A stretch of 63,969 nucleotides of DNA, counting the filler, from Kipferlia bialata (Eukaryota), in assembly GCA_003568945.1 (NCBI GenBank). It is 3 parts of 3 records of this genome, joined end to end, with 100 filler letters (N's around TTAATTAATTAA, not from the genome) between each part and the next. Parts side by side here need not be neighbours in the genome. Positions count along the whole stretch, not along the records: positions 43,162 to 63,969 come from BDIP01000353.1; 2 more parts are not named here. One strand, written 5' to 3'. The translations under genes and the position numbers were made by a program. The first letter of the stretch is position 1, and every line of letters starts with the position of its first letter. Under the pieces are notes generated by a model. The model saw only the letters and a program-made list of their open reading frames with translations. It searched no databases and was not told where the DNA came from. This document shows positions 49,590 to 63,600 of this stretch, piece by piece.

Positions 49590-52500
49590 ATGTTCATATA
49601 CCCCTCTCTTACCCCAGGCCTGATCTCTGCCCACTCTGATCTCCTTGGCTATGCCCCTCCCCTGCACCAGCTGGCAGGGCATGGCGGGAATGAGGTAATT
49701 ATATGTATATATATGTATATACACCCACCCATACATAGATACCTAACTGAAAGTGGGAAGATTGGGGTAGTGGCGGGAATGAGGTATTGACAGGATACTT
49801 CTATCTCTTTATATTGAGGAGGGAATGTGGTATCTGTCTCTCTCTCCCTCTCTCCCCCTCTACCCCCTTATTCCAGCTGACCAATGCCCTGTCCACCCTC
49901 GAGACACACGGCATAGAGATGCTAGGTACTATACTGGATATACATATATATATATATAGATATATATATAGATATGAGGTTATATCAATACATGTGTGTG
50001 TATTATGCCCTGTCCACCCTCGAGACCCATGGCATNNNNNNNNNNNNNNNNNNNNNNNNNNNNNNNNNNNNNNNNNNNNNNNNNNNNNNNNNNNNNNNNN
50101 NNNNNNNNNNNNNNNNNNNNNNNNNNNNNNNNNNNNNNNNNNNNNNNNNNNNNNNNNNNNNNNNNNNNNNNNNNNNNNNNNNNNNNNNNNNNNNNNNNNN
50201 NNNNNNNNNNNNNNNNNNNNNNNNNNNNNNNNNNNNNNNNNNNNNNNNNNNNNNNNNNNNNNNNNNNNNNNNNNNNNNNNNNNNNNNNNNNNNNNNNNNN
50301 NNNNNNNNNNNNNNNNNNNNNNNNNNNNNNNNNNNNNNNNNNNNNNNNNNNNNNNNNNNNNNNNNNNNNNNNNNNNNNNNNNNNNNNNNNNNNNNNNNNN
50401 NNNNNNNNNNNNNNNNNNNNNNNNNNNNNNNNNNNNNNNNNNNNNNNNNNNNNNNNNNNNNNNNNNNNNNNNNNNNNNNNNNNNNNNNNNNNNNNNNNNN
50501 NNNNNNNNNNNNNNNNNNNNNNNNNNNNNNNNNNNNNNNNNNNNNNNNNNNNNNNNNNNNNNNNNNNNNNNNNNNNNNNNNNNNNNNNNNNNNNNNNNNN
50601 NNNNNNNNNNNNNNNNNNNNNNNNNNNNNNNNNNNNNNNNNNNNNNNNNNNNNNNNNNNNNNNNNNNNNNNNNNNNNNNNNNNNNNNNNNNNNNNNNNNN
50701 NNNNNNNNNNNNNNNNNNNNNNNNNNNNNNNNNNNNNNNNNNNNNNNNNNNNNNNNNNNNNNNNNNNNNNNNNNNNNNNNNNNNNNNNNNNNNNNNNNNN
50801 NNNNNNNNNNNNNNNNNNNNNNNNNNNNNNNNNNNNNNNNNNNNNNNNNNNNNNNNNNNNNNNNNNNNNNNNNNNNNNNNNNNNNNNNNNNNNNNNNNNN
50901 NNNNNNNNNNNNNNNNNNNNNNNNNNNNNNNNNNNNNNNNNNNNNNNNNNNNNNNNNNNNNNNNNNNNNNNNNNNNNNNNNGTATTATGCCCTGTCCACC
51001 CTCGAGACACACGGCATAGAGATGCTAGGTACTATACTATATATATGGATATATATATATATACATTTATATGTGTATATGAGTGGGGGTATTATGCACT
51101 GTCCACCCTCGAGACACACGGCATAGAGATGCTAGGTACTGTGTGTAGTGTACATACGTCTCCTCAGACATACATTATTCTTATGTGTGTGTGTATTATG
51201 TCCTATACCCTCGAGACACAGACATAGAGATACCTCTTGGGTATATATATCAGATGAATATATTCATATCATCTTCTAGACTCTGTCTATACCCTCTGAC
51301 CCCAGGTGGTGCCAGGGTTGGCAGACAGCCACTGCCGGAGGGGCCAACAGAGGGAGACGTGTACAGGTGGGTGTATGTGTATATAGTATATTAGGAGACG
51401 TGTATAGGTATAGTAGAGTGGGGTGCATGTATATCCATATACACAATATACTATATAGTATATAGTGTATACTGCCGGAGGGACCAACAGAGGGAGACGT
51501 CTACAGGTGGGTGTAGACACATATATAGATACTGTCAATATATATATGTATATATACTCTCAACTGCATATATTGCAATCTCATATGCATGAGGGAGACG
51601 TGTACAGGTATACAGCATATGGACATGCATACCCCCACCTGTAACAAGTCGTCTCTCACCCTCTCTCCCCCACCCCCACCCCCAGACTGGGCCTCTTGAT
51701 CCTGGCCCTGGTCACACACCTCAGGGTGGGGCAGGTATGGAGATGTAGATACACCGCACGTATACATTGTATACGTGCTCATGTACATTCCCTGTACTTG
51801 TACCCTTATTCTCCGTTGGACCCTTATTCTCTGCTGCACTCTTATTCCCAGGCTGCTGAGGAAGAGGCCCAGCGTGAGATTGAGAGAGAGATAGAGGCAG
51901 ACAGTGAGACTGGAGATGAGGCCAATGAGAGTGTGCCTGTATCCCCATGGCAGGCTGTGCTGGAGAAGTCGGGGGTGAGTACACACACTCATATGTCAAT
52001 GATAAACTGTATCAACAATTGTAATTAGGTAATAGTATCAATATATACATGTGTCATCTACTCTCTCTCTCTCTCTTTCTCTCTCTCTTACTGTAGGCCC
52101 TCCTAGACCGTGTCTCCCCCCTGATCACCTCTCTCTCTCACTCCAGCCCCTCCTAGACCGTGTCTCCCCCCTGGTCACCTCCCTGCACCAGAGACACCAG
52201 AGGCAGAAGAGATACACAACACTGGCATCTGGTGTCTCTACTCCTAATGAGAGTGACAGTGGGAGTGTGCCTACACCCATGTCCACCCTGCACGCCCTGG
52301 CAGACCTGGGAGTATGGGTGTCAAGGTAAACATATGTACTATGCTATGTTATGTATATATATATATATTTATATACACCCATGTCCACCCTACATGCCCT
52401 GGCAGACCTAGGGTCTGGGTGTCAAGGTACACAATGTACTATTGTTTACAACTGGAGTGTATGTGTGTGTAGTATGTATGCATCCACACGTCACTGACCC

Positions 52501-52772
52501 CAGGTACCCAGGATCCCTGCTGTGCCAGGAGAGTGTGCTAGGTAGGGGTATAGTGATACTGTATTTCAATACTTGTCTAGGGATACCTCATACCTACATC
52601 TCTCTCTCTATCTCTCTGTCCCTCTCTATAGTCTAACCCCAGGCTCCCTAGACCTCTACCCCCACTACCCTGCATCTAGGCTCAACCCTAAGACAGAGAG
52701 AGTGGGGGAGAGAGAGGGAGAGAGCACTCAGAGAGAGGCTCTGGAGTTCTCACTCCTCTTCAGCAAGGTATA

Positions 52773-52809
<37 letters not shown>

Positions 52810-53906
52810 ACCCTTATTCTAGGTCGAGACCGCCAAGGTTGCTGAGAAGCAGAGAGAGAGAGAGAGGCGTCTGGAGGCAGAGGCCAAGGTGCAGAAGAGT
52901 GGGATGCCCATATTTGGACAGGTGAGTGTAATTGGGGAGTCACATAGAGGGAGAAATGTACTGGTTATCTATAGCTCGTTAAATTTACTCTGTGTCTCTC
53001 TCACCCTTAGGAGGAGTCGGATTCCCTGACGTCTGAGGTAGAGAGGCCCACCAAGACCTGTGATGCCCCTGCTGCTAAGGCACCTGTGAGCACTAGCAAC
53101 CCATCTACCATGGAGGTGGAGGTGGATAGGGAGGGAGAGAGAGAGGCAGAGGCAGAGGCAGAGGAGGAGGCTGGGTCAGAGTCCTCTGTGTCTCAGCCGG
53201 TGCCCAAGGCACTAGGGGTGGAGATGGAGGGAGAAGCAGAGAGAGAGAGAGAGGCAGAGAAGGAGGTGGAGGCAGAGGAAGAGGTACAGATGGAGACAAC
53301 ACCCGTCGCTGTCGGTGAGGCCGAGAGACAGACTGAGAGGGAGCCAGAGGGGGAGAGGCACCTTCGCAGGTATAGTGTCTCCTTCATCCATGTGTATGCA
53401 TCTGTATCAGTATTTATATATCTGGCCTCACCCCTCAGGTTCTTCTCCCTCCCCCCCTCCCTCGTGTCCTGCCTCTCTCTCTCTCCCCCTCTCCCCCTCT
53501 CTCTGCCTCTCTCTCTCTCTCTCCACTCACCCCTCAGGTTCTTCTCCCTCCCCCCCTCCCTCGTGTCCTGCCTCACCTCCTGGGTCTCAGTCACATACCC
53601 CTCCCTGCCCACCCCTGAGGCACACTCGCTGGCCAAGGCACTCGAGGAGAGGTATGGTACATGGCCGTCTCCATGCACCTTCTCTCTCTCTCCCCCCCTC
53701 TCTCAACGTATATAACCCTCAGATTCGGCCGTCTGCACACCCCCGAGCCCACCCTGTCCGAGGAGGGAAGGGAGGCCATACTGCAGGAGGTACATATATA
53801 TAAAAATACATATATATATATATATATGTAGTATTAGTATATATACGTATACCCCGAGCCCACCCTATCAGAGGAAGGGAGGGAGGCCATACTGCAGGAG
53901 GTATGG

Positions 53907-53938
<32 letters not shown>

Positions 53939-56900
53939 GCATATGTGTCAGTTAGTACTATTAGTATATATGCGTATACTCCCGAGCAGACTATGTCTTA
54001 AGAAGGGAGGGAGGCCATACTGCAGGAGGTATGTTTTATATAGATAGATCGGTTGAGATACAGAGAGTGTATATAGAATATACTCTATATATATATACTA
54101 TTCTAACCCCGTAGGTTGAGTCTGTTGCCCTTAGACAGGACGCAGAGGCAGTGGAGGACAGGGAGAAGCTGGAGGTAGGAGTATATGTGTATTGATAGAC
54201 TTGCGTTGATACTCATACACATGAGTACCCTATAGATGTATGCATATATATTTGTGTTTATATTCTCATATGGCCCCTCCTAACCGCAGGCCCTCCGTGT
54301 TGAGCTGACATCTGAGGTACATGAATACAGTAATATGTCGATGCTGCCTTTGTATGTATACTTGGTATATATGTACATACTGTAACCATTAGGCCCTCCG
54401 TGTTGAGCTGACGTCTGCCGAGGAGGAGGAGAGAGAGGGTCTCAAGGAGATTCAGGAGAGACAGGCCGAGAGGGAGAGAGAGAGAGAGAGGAAGCAGAAG
54501 GAGAAGGAGGAGAGAGAGAGAGAGAGCGATGCTGTCAAGGCTGAGGGTAACCCTGGGGTAGTAGTAGCTATCGAGGGGGAGAAGAGAGAGGGAGAGGGAG
54601 AGAAGGTTGAGACCCCCGCTGCTACTGAGACCTCTGCTATAGCAGCACCTGATGTACCTGCTGTACCTGAGGTTGACAGTGAGACAGAGGCAGAGGTGGA
54701 GAGAGAGAAGGAGAGGGAGAGGGAGATGGCAGTCAAGACAGCCAGGCTCAAGGTACATGGCTCTGTCTGTGTATGTATCTGTGTATGTAAATATACACAC
54801 TTAGGTCCTGCTCTCTCTCGCTATATATACAAGTATGAGTAGATATACATCCTTACCCCCTAGGCCCAGGTCTCTGTCCGTCAGACCCTTCTGTCCAGTG
54901 GGCCCAGTCTGCAGCAGAGGGTGGTGCGTATGCATGTATATATATATAGACTATACATGTATGCATGTGTATAGAGAGAGAGAGAGTAGCCAGTGGGCCC
55001 AGTCTGCAGCAGAGGGTGGTGCGTGTATGTGTGTATATAGAGTATAGAGGAACATTTGATCTATTCTGGTGTTCTTCTGGTATAGTATACTATTCTCTCT
55101 CGCTCTCATCCTAGGCCACCCTCCCCCTCCCCCCCTCTGGCTCCCTCCTGTCCCTGTCCCACATGTCTCATTCTCTCTCTCTCTCTCTCTCTCACTCTCT
55201 CACCATATAGGCTACTCTACCTCTACCCCCCTCTGGCTCCCTGCTGTCCCTGTCACATATGTCCGAGAGGGCACTGCTCACAGAGACACTGGCCAAGCTA
55301 GAACCTGTTCTTGTCCCAGGTTAGAATATATGTATTTGTGTGTCTATGTATATATATACCTGTCTAACTCCCAGTGTCCCAGGAGACTGACTGGCTGGGC
55401 CTCACCACGGCACTGCAGAGGCTCTCTCAGGCATGTCTCTCTCTACTCTATATATTGTATCTCTACCTATGTGTATCTACATATTCCCTCTTACTCCAGC
55501 CCCATGCCAAGGCCATCCCTCTCTCTCTCTCTGTCTCTCTCTATACTCAATATGTATATATATGCTATTATATAGTTGTTATGTATTCATACCCTCTGAC
55601 CCCCAGCCCCATGCCAAGGCCATCCCGGCACCCAGGGCCATATTCGGAAAGGTATGGATGGAATCATAAGAATTATTTCCATTGTGTCTACCAACATACA
55701 TATTTCTACTGTGTATTGTACTAATTCTGTATTCTTGTGTACCATGTACGCATCCCTCACCCCCAGGTGATGAGGGACCAGTATCGGTATGTATCAATCT
55801 ATAAATGTATATCCATATAAGTACCCCTCCCTCACCCCCAGGTGATGAGGGGCCGTGGCAGGGTCGGAGAGGCAGAGGTCATAGCCAGACAGGTATGTTT
55901 ATGTATGAGTATATGTAGAGGAATATATCTATATATAGAGAAGAACAGAGAGAGAGAGAGAGAAAGAGAGGGTGGGAGAGGCAGAGGTCATAGCCAGACA
56001 GGTGGGTGTGTATAGTGAGAGTATGTACTCANNNNNNNNNNNNNNNNNNNNNNNNNNNNNNNNNNNNNNNNNNNNNNNNNNNNNNNNNNNNNNNNNNNNN
56101 NNNNNNNNNNNNNNNNNNNNNNNNNCGAGAGAGAGACAGAGAGAGAGGGTCGTAGAGGCAGAGGTCATAGCCAGACAGGTATGTATGTAGTAGTACGATA
56201 ACATAAAGAAGCGGATCTGCTATCTTAGTCCAATGCTCTCTCGCATATCTATCTATATATATAATGTGTTTATACTGCAACTCTCACCCTCCAGGCCGTC
56301 CTGTACCGCTATGGGTGCCGTCTCCATCCGTCCAGTGCACTCAGCACATACATCCTGTGTCTCAGTGGAAAGCAGGTACTAGTGTATAAAATGTATATAT
56401 ATATATAGTGTCCTCAGCACATACATCCTGTGTCTCAGTGGCAAGCAGGTACAAGTATATGGACATTGTACACAGTATCTGCACACATATTATGGTGTTC
56501 AGTGACAAACACGCTCTCTCACACCCACCTATTCTCTATCTATCTGTTGGTTCTTCCCTCCCCCTCTCTCTCCCTCTGTCTGACCCCCCAGGGCTGGAAG
56601 AAGCTAGTGGCCAGGTTTGGTAGTCAGGCACTGACACAGACTCACCTACAACAGGTATATAGACAGATAGATATAGAGAGTAGATGTATATAAGTATGGG
56701 CATCATCCAGTATCCAGTCCCTCTTTCTTTCCCTATCTATTCCCTCACCCCAGTTCTACAACTGGATCATGCAGTACCCAGCTGCCATCATGGTCATAGC
56801 CACCTGGGAGATACTGGATAGGTGGGTATATATATGTGTGTATAGTCTGGCTCTTGCTCCCAGTGAGTCGGTCAAGAAGGCCTGACTCTCACTCTCTCTC

Positions 56901-57401
56901 TCTTTCTATACCCTAACCCCAGTGCGTCTGAGTCTGTCAAGAAGGGCATGACCCTGACAGCAATGCAGGAGGCACACAGCGAGAGGTGTGTAGATATATA
57001 TATATCTACATGTATTGGAGCAAATCTCTCTCTCTCCCTCTCTCCCCCACCCCAGGTCTGCCTCCAAGCCATCCTCGCCCACCAAGGGCAGCCCAGGGTA
57101 CGGTACAGTTAGCTATCATGCAATACATGCAATACCACTCCTCATATAGTGTATGTGCACTGATACTATTATCCTCATCCCAGCTATGCTATACCACTCC
57201 TATATATTCTGTATATATTCTGATATTACTGTCCTCACCCCCAGCACCGACCAGGACGGGGACGTGTCCATGGGTGGAGAGGGTGAGTGCATCTGTCTGT
57301 GATATATGTATATGTGTGTGTATATAATAGGGTGAGTGTGGTATGGCGCATTATACATGACACGGTTCATACATTGTAGTGTATATGGAATATACATAAT
57401 C

Positions 57402-57438
<37 letters not shown>

Positions 57439-60400
57439 CACATACATATATATATATATCATATATACACTGTACACATACCTCACCCCAGTCAAGCCCA
57501 GACCCAGGGGCCGACCCCGCAAGGTGCCCCCTCCGCCCCAGGCACAGCAGAGTGCAGACGGGTGGTGGACCCAGGTGTGTATCATATATATGAGACATAT
57601 ATATATACTCTGTATGAGTACAGTGTGTATATTGTGTGTATAAGTGTACCCTTAGGCACAGCAAAGTGCAGACGGGTGGTGGACGCAGGTAGATATATTG
57701 AGACTCGTATGTGTATAGTTGTGTATTGTATCTATTACTAATCTGCTAGGTCCAGAAGCCCACTCCTGTGGATGCCGATAAGGATGCCGATAAGGATACC
57801 GACAAGGAGGGAGAGAAGGATGGAGAGACTCCCAACACCCCCAAGCCAGCAGCCGAGGCAGAGGCAGAGGGAGAGACCGACAGTGACAACAAGGAGAGAG
57901 AGAAGCAGACAGAGGAGAGAGTGGTCACAATCGAGAAGGTGCGGTAGATGACTCTCTCTCTCTCTCTCTCTCAATGACCCACATACATATACACCTCATA
58001 TATATATATATGTGGTATCTATATATTTTGTACTTACCCTCACCACTCAGGACCGTGGGTGTGCCTTCTCCGAGCCCCTCAGCCATCTCTACCACCCCAT
58101 GGAGATCGTCAGGTGTGCATTCATTATATATATATATATATGTGTGTGTGTGTGAAGTATTATATTATTTGTAATAGTATAGCCATCTGTACCACCCCAT
58201 GGAGATCATCAGGTGGGTGTATATACATACACTCACTATGTATATATCAGTGCACACAGGGTTCACATCAACTATAGCTCTATCCATCATCTATGTATAT
58301 GTACCACCCCATGGAGATAGTCAGGTGGGTATACATGCCAATATACATATATATATATATATATATGAATATTCATCAGGTGGGTGTATATGTACGTGTA
58401 TATACTATGTGTACTACCCCATGGAGATTGTCAGGCATGAGTGTGTGTGTATATATATGTATGTGTGTGAGTGTGTGTGAATATTGACAGTATCTGACCC
58501 CCCAGGCTGTGCCGTGCCAGGGAGACACCCAGGTGGAGGGACGCACAGGTAGGTTACATATATAGTATATATACGATATGTAATCCAGGTACTATGTCAA
58601 CTTCACCCTCTCTCTCTATATATATACCTTTCTCTATGCATGTCTAACCGCAGGGCCTGACCGACCCCCTCTCCACCCTCGATAGGCAGCTGGAGAGAGA
58701 GAGACAGGGAGAGAGAGTATATAGAACATGGGCATGGCTCTCCGACAAGAGCCTCAGACGTGAACTGGGTACGTGCCTCTACACCCTATATTCTCTCCTC
58801 CTACACCCTTCATTCACCCCCTAGAGATGCACTCTCCGTTCTGTCGTGTGGTCAAGTCTCGCATCCTGCCCCCCGTTCCCATGTCTCTCCCTCTCTCCTT
58901 TGTTAAGGGAGAGAGAGATGGGGGGGAGGAGAGAGAGGAACAGGAAGAGGGACAGAGCGGGTGGGAGAGGGAGAGAGAGAGAGAGACTGCTAGACTGCAG
59001 GAGCTCGAGAGGCGGAGGGAGAGACAGCCCGTCGCTAGGTGACTACGAATACTCTCTCTAGCTTTCTATACATATACAACTATTGCTAGTATCCTGACCC
59101 TAGGCTGCCTGCCTCTCTGGCCTACCTCAAGCACCGCCTCACCCTGTTGGCACCCATCCTGTGGCCAGCATGCAGGGTGTGTATATATAGCAATATCTCT
59201 ATCTATGTATATATGCAGGGTATGTATCAGATGGATGATACTACTATATTAAATATACTAGTAGTACATTTGTATTATATATAGAAAGGGTACCCATCCT
59301 GTGGCCAGCATGCAGGGTGTGTATACACTATACACTATACATAGAGAGAGACTGCAGGGTATTTATAGGCGTTTCTATTCTCTGTTCGTCTGTATATGTA
59401 TGTGTGCATGTACTCACCCCCAGGTCATTGGCGACACCACCCTCCTCCATGGCTACATTGCACTGGGGCTGGATGCTCAGAGGTAAGGATACACTGCATA
59501 CAAGGACACTATATATATGTATACATATATACATATGAGTGTATTGCACTGGGTCTGGATGCTCAGAGGTACACCTCATATGTATTTGATACTATATATA
59601 TGTGAGTGGAGAGATGGTACTATCTTAAGAATAATGTATATACATATATGTCTCACTGGGCCTGGATGCTCAGAGGTACCCCTAGTAGCATTGTCAGTGT
59701 ATGATACACATGCCTTATATTCATACGTGTATTCCTTATGCATGTGGGTGTGCCACTCACCCAGGCTGTCCTCTTGCGACACCTACCAGTGCAAGATACA
59801 ATATATATACATTGTGTATTTGAATATATATATATACCCCTCACTCTAGGCTTGCCTCTGGCGACACCTACCAGGCCAAGGACAAGGGGGCCAAGCTATC
59901 CCTGGATGAGGTATATATAATAACATATATATATAATTATATTCATAAATTTGTTATGGATACTATTGTCTCTCTCTCTACACCCTCATTCTCAGAAGGC
60001 CATCCGCCGTGCCTGTGACCTGACCCAGTTACTGGCCCACTCCCACTCCCCCACCTTTGCCACTGCACCCTTTGCAGCTGTGGTGTGTAGGTGCTTGGCC
60101 CTAGGGGCTATGGCACTGCCAGCAGGTATGTGTGTATATATAGATATGTATGTATATATATACATATTTGTACCCTTTGCAGGTATTGTATGCAGTTGTC
60201 TGGTCTTGTACTCTTTCTAGAGTTGTCTATGGTTCCTTATATATGGATACTTACATACATACACATTATATTTTCGCGTTCGGTAGGCTGTTGTTATAGA
60301 AGCTCTCGCTCTCTCTCGCTCTCTCTCTGACCCCTCCAGGTGTCTCTGCCCTCCGCCCCCCCTCGGACTCCATCCTGGCCCACTACGCATACGCTAGGTA

Positions 60401-60652
60401 CATGGAGAATACATTGTATTTCGTATATACACTTGCTTATGTCAGGGACCTTCTACAGACCTCGTTAGTAATATATACTCAATCCCTCCCCCTCTCTCCT
60501 TGTATGTATGTATACACTTACCCTCAGAGACCTACTTCAGACCGCGTGTCTCCTCCCCTCCACCGATGATGAGGGGGAGAGGGAGAGGGCCAGTGACATC
60601 AGAGAGATGCACACCACACTCACCCTCTTCAACAAGTGTCTGAGGTGGGTAT

Positions 60653-60692
<40 letters not shown>

Positions 60693-63600
60693 TTCACTTT
60701 TCTGTAAATGTATACTTATAATCAGGATAGCCCACCTTGTTGCCCAGTACCCCATCCTCCTGGTAGCCTATACACCCAACCCCTTCAGAGGGGGGGAGAC
60801 AAAGGGCATCAGAGCCACACCCAGGTGGGTGGAGTATATATTACATATGATAGATAGTACATTCAATAGTGTAAGTTGGGTAGAACCTAGGTGAGTGTAG
60901 TCTGATAGCCACTTCTCTCCAATACGTCTCTGCTTCCATCTCTCACCCCAGCTACGTCTACAAGTGCCTCTCCTCCCTGGTCTCCAATACTTCTCTCTCT
61001 CTCTCTCCCTCCCTCTCTCTCACCCTAGCTACGTGTACAAGTGCCTCTCCTCTCTGGTCTCCAACAGATTTAGAGAGAGTGCACCGGAGACACCCGCCGC
61101 AGAGTGGGAGAGAGAGAGAGACAGGGAGAGAGAGAGACAGCGCCTCTGGAAGGAGCCAGTGGCAGACAGAATGGGCAGGTACTCTCTCTCTCTCTCTAAT
61201 GCTACACCCTTATCTGTTTCTGTCTACACCCCTATTCTCACCCCTAGAGAGAAGGACAGGGAGAGAGAGACTGCAAGAGAGATACAGGCTCAGACCAAGA
61301 GGGAGAGCGAGGTACCATAGCACTAATTTGTCTCATCATACTTTCTCCGGCTCTCTGGCGCTCGGTGCTCAAGAGTAGGTAGTCTCTCTCTCTCTCTCTG
61401 TATACACCCTTACCCCTAGCGCTGTGTCCTCTGGAGAAGATGGTCCTTCCTGGAGGACTTCGATGGGTCAAAGGTACATTGACCTCTCAATATACCCATA
61501 TATATATGTGTGTGTGTGATTTACTAACCCCCAGCTCCCTGAGTTCTCTTCTCCCATGTACATCTCTCTCGCTCTCTCTCTCTCGTCTCGAAATGTCTAT
61601 AACGTCCTCTGTCTCTTACCCTCTAACCCCAGCTGCCTGAGTTCTGCTCCCCCACCCCCACCCAGGCAGCCACCCTGGCCAGGCTGTACAAGGTATGTGT
61701 ATGTGTATGTATATATATAATAGTATATTGAATGGTTGCTCTGTTTGGTATAACTACATACGCTTTGCGTTTATACTGGAGTGTATCTGTTCGTGTACGT
61801 CCCTCACCTCCCCAGCGTGCAGACCGTGACAGAGAGAGGGAGAGAGAGAGACACGTCGCCCAGTCCAAGGCAGAGGGGGAGAGAGAGGACGGCCTCATCA
61901 CTGGACGCACTCTGGTGAGTATATACTCTATATCAGTATATATATATAAATATATATAGGAGTAGTTCTTCCGTACCTTATGCCCCTCTATCTCTCTACA
62001 TACATATATTCCGTCTAACCTCTAGGAGCTGCGTGATCTGTCCCCCCTAGTGATGCATGGTCAGGACAGGGAGAGGGAGAGGGACCTCTACCCAGAGAGA
62101 CAGACCGGCAGGTAGGGATATTACGTATACAGATGCATATGTATAGAGAGGGGGAGAGAGACAAACCGGCAGGTGTTGACATATGTAAATACATACATGC
62201 ATATGCTAATGTGTCTCATGTGCACTTCGCAGACAGTCTCTCAATCTCCCCTCTCTACCCCTCTTATCCTAGGCTTGGTGAGGGCGAGGGTGACGTTCTC
62301 TCCAACATGCAGTCTGTGTTTGGCAGCTGTCTGGGGGTGGAGGTGGAACTAAGGAGGTACATACTAGTAAGTATAGTCCACTATGTATATATATATATAT
62401 ATGTATGTATATGTAGTCTGTCTTTGGCAGATTAGAGTAGTATAATCGGGTTCTCTGTGTTTGTCCCCCTTCTCTTCTCACCCCCCAGACGTGTTGCCCA
62501 GCTGGTACCCATAGCACATGCCCTGGATGACATGCTAGGTGTGTTCACATGTCACTATATATACTCAGTATACATACGGTAGTACAATTACTGTGTATAC
62601 TCTATAGTATGTAATACACATGCCCTGGATAATATGCTAGGTATTCATGAAAGGATACATATACTACCCTGACCTATACCTCCCTGGTATATACTGTCTC
62701 TCCTTATCTCAGGCCTTGTCTTCTTTGTCCCCCTTGTGACCAGACACTATGGCACTGCCCCTGTCCCTGTCATGCTGTCACAGCCCATAGAGGCATGCAT
62801 GGGTGTGGGAGGAGAGGGGGAGACTGGTAGTGGAGATGTGGCCATGGATGGAGGCGAGGGGGAGAGAGAGAGCAAGGGGTCTGAGAGAGTCAACCCCACA
62901 GCCAGACTACTGGCCATGTATCTTAGGTACTAATCTCTCTCTCTCTCTCTCTCTGTATCATTCTCTCTAACCTCTAGGGGCTCCCTCTGTGTGTCCCACT
63001 TCGAGGGTGGCTCTGTCCCACTGGCATGGACAGTGCCAGAGGGGGGTAATCAGGTATATATATATATGTATATATATGTATATATACAGATATATGGGTG
63101 TATATGTATATAGGTATATATGTACTCTGTCCCACTGGCATGGACAGTGCCGGAGGGGGGGAATCAGGTATATATACATTGATTCATAGAAATATGAATA
63201 GTATTATGTACTTGCATCCATACTGTGTCATATCCTCACCCCCTCAGGACACTGTCCCTGACCCCAAGAACGGTGCAGCCTGCATAGCACATGGCATGAA
63301 GGAGCTAGGTACTGCGTCCCCTCTCTCTCTGCATATCTCTACCCCATCTCATTCCTTACCCAGCCCCCTCCTTCATAGAGGGTGTGCAGCATCTATCTCT
63401 CTCTCTATCTTCCTCTGCACCCTATTTGTATATGTATTATATATATGTAGACTAACTCCAGCCCCCTCCTTTATCGAGGGTGTGCAGCGTCGCTTCCGCA
63501 CCCCCGACACATACATGTACACCATGGTACATGCACTGATGGAGCACAGCCTGAGTATGCAGCCAGACGATGGGCTAGGTATGCATGAACATGTATATAG

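Noticed and set aside
49787..51227. ORFs of 335-417 aa in several frames
   Set aside because: They are open only because they cross a 946-N gap.
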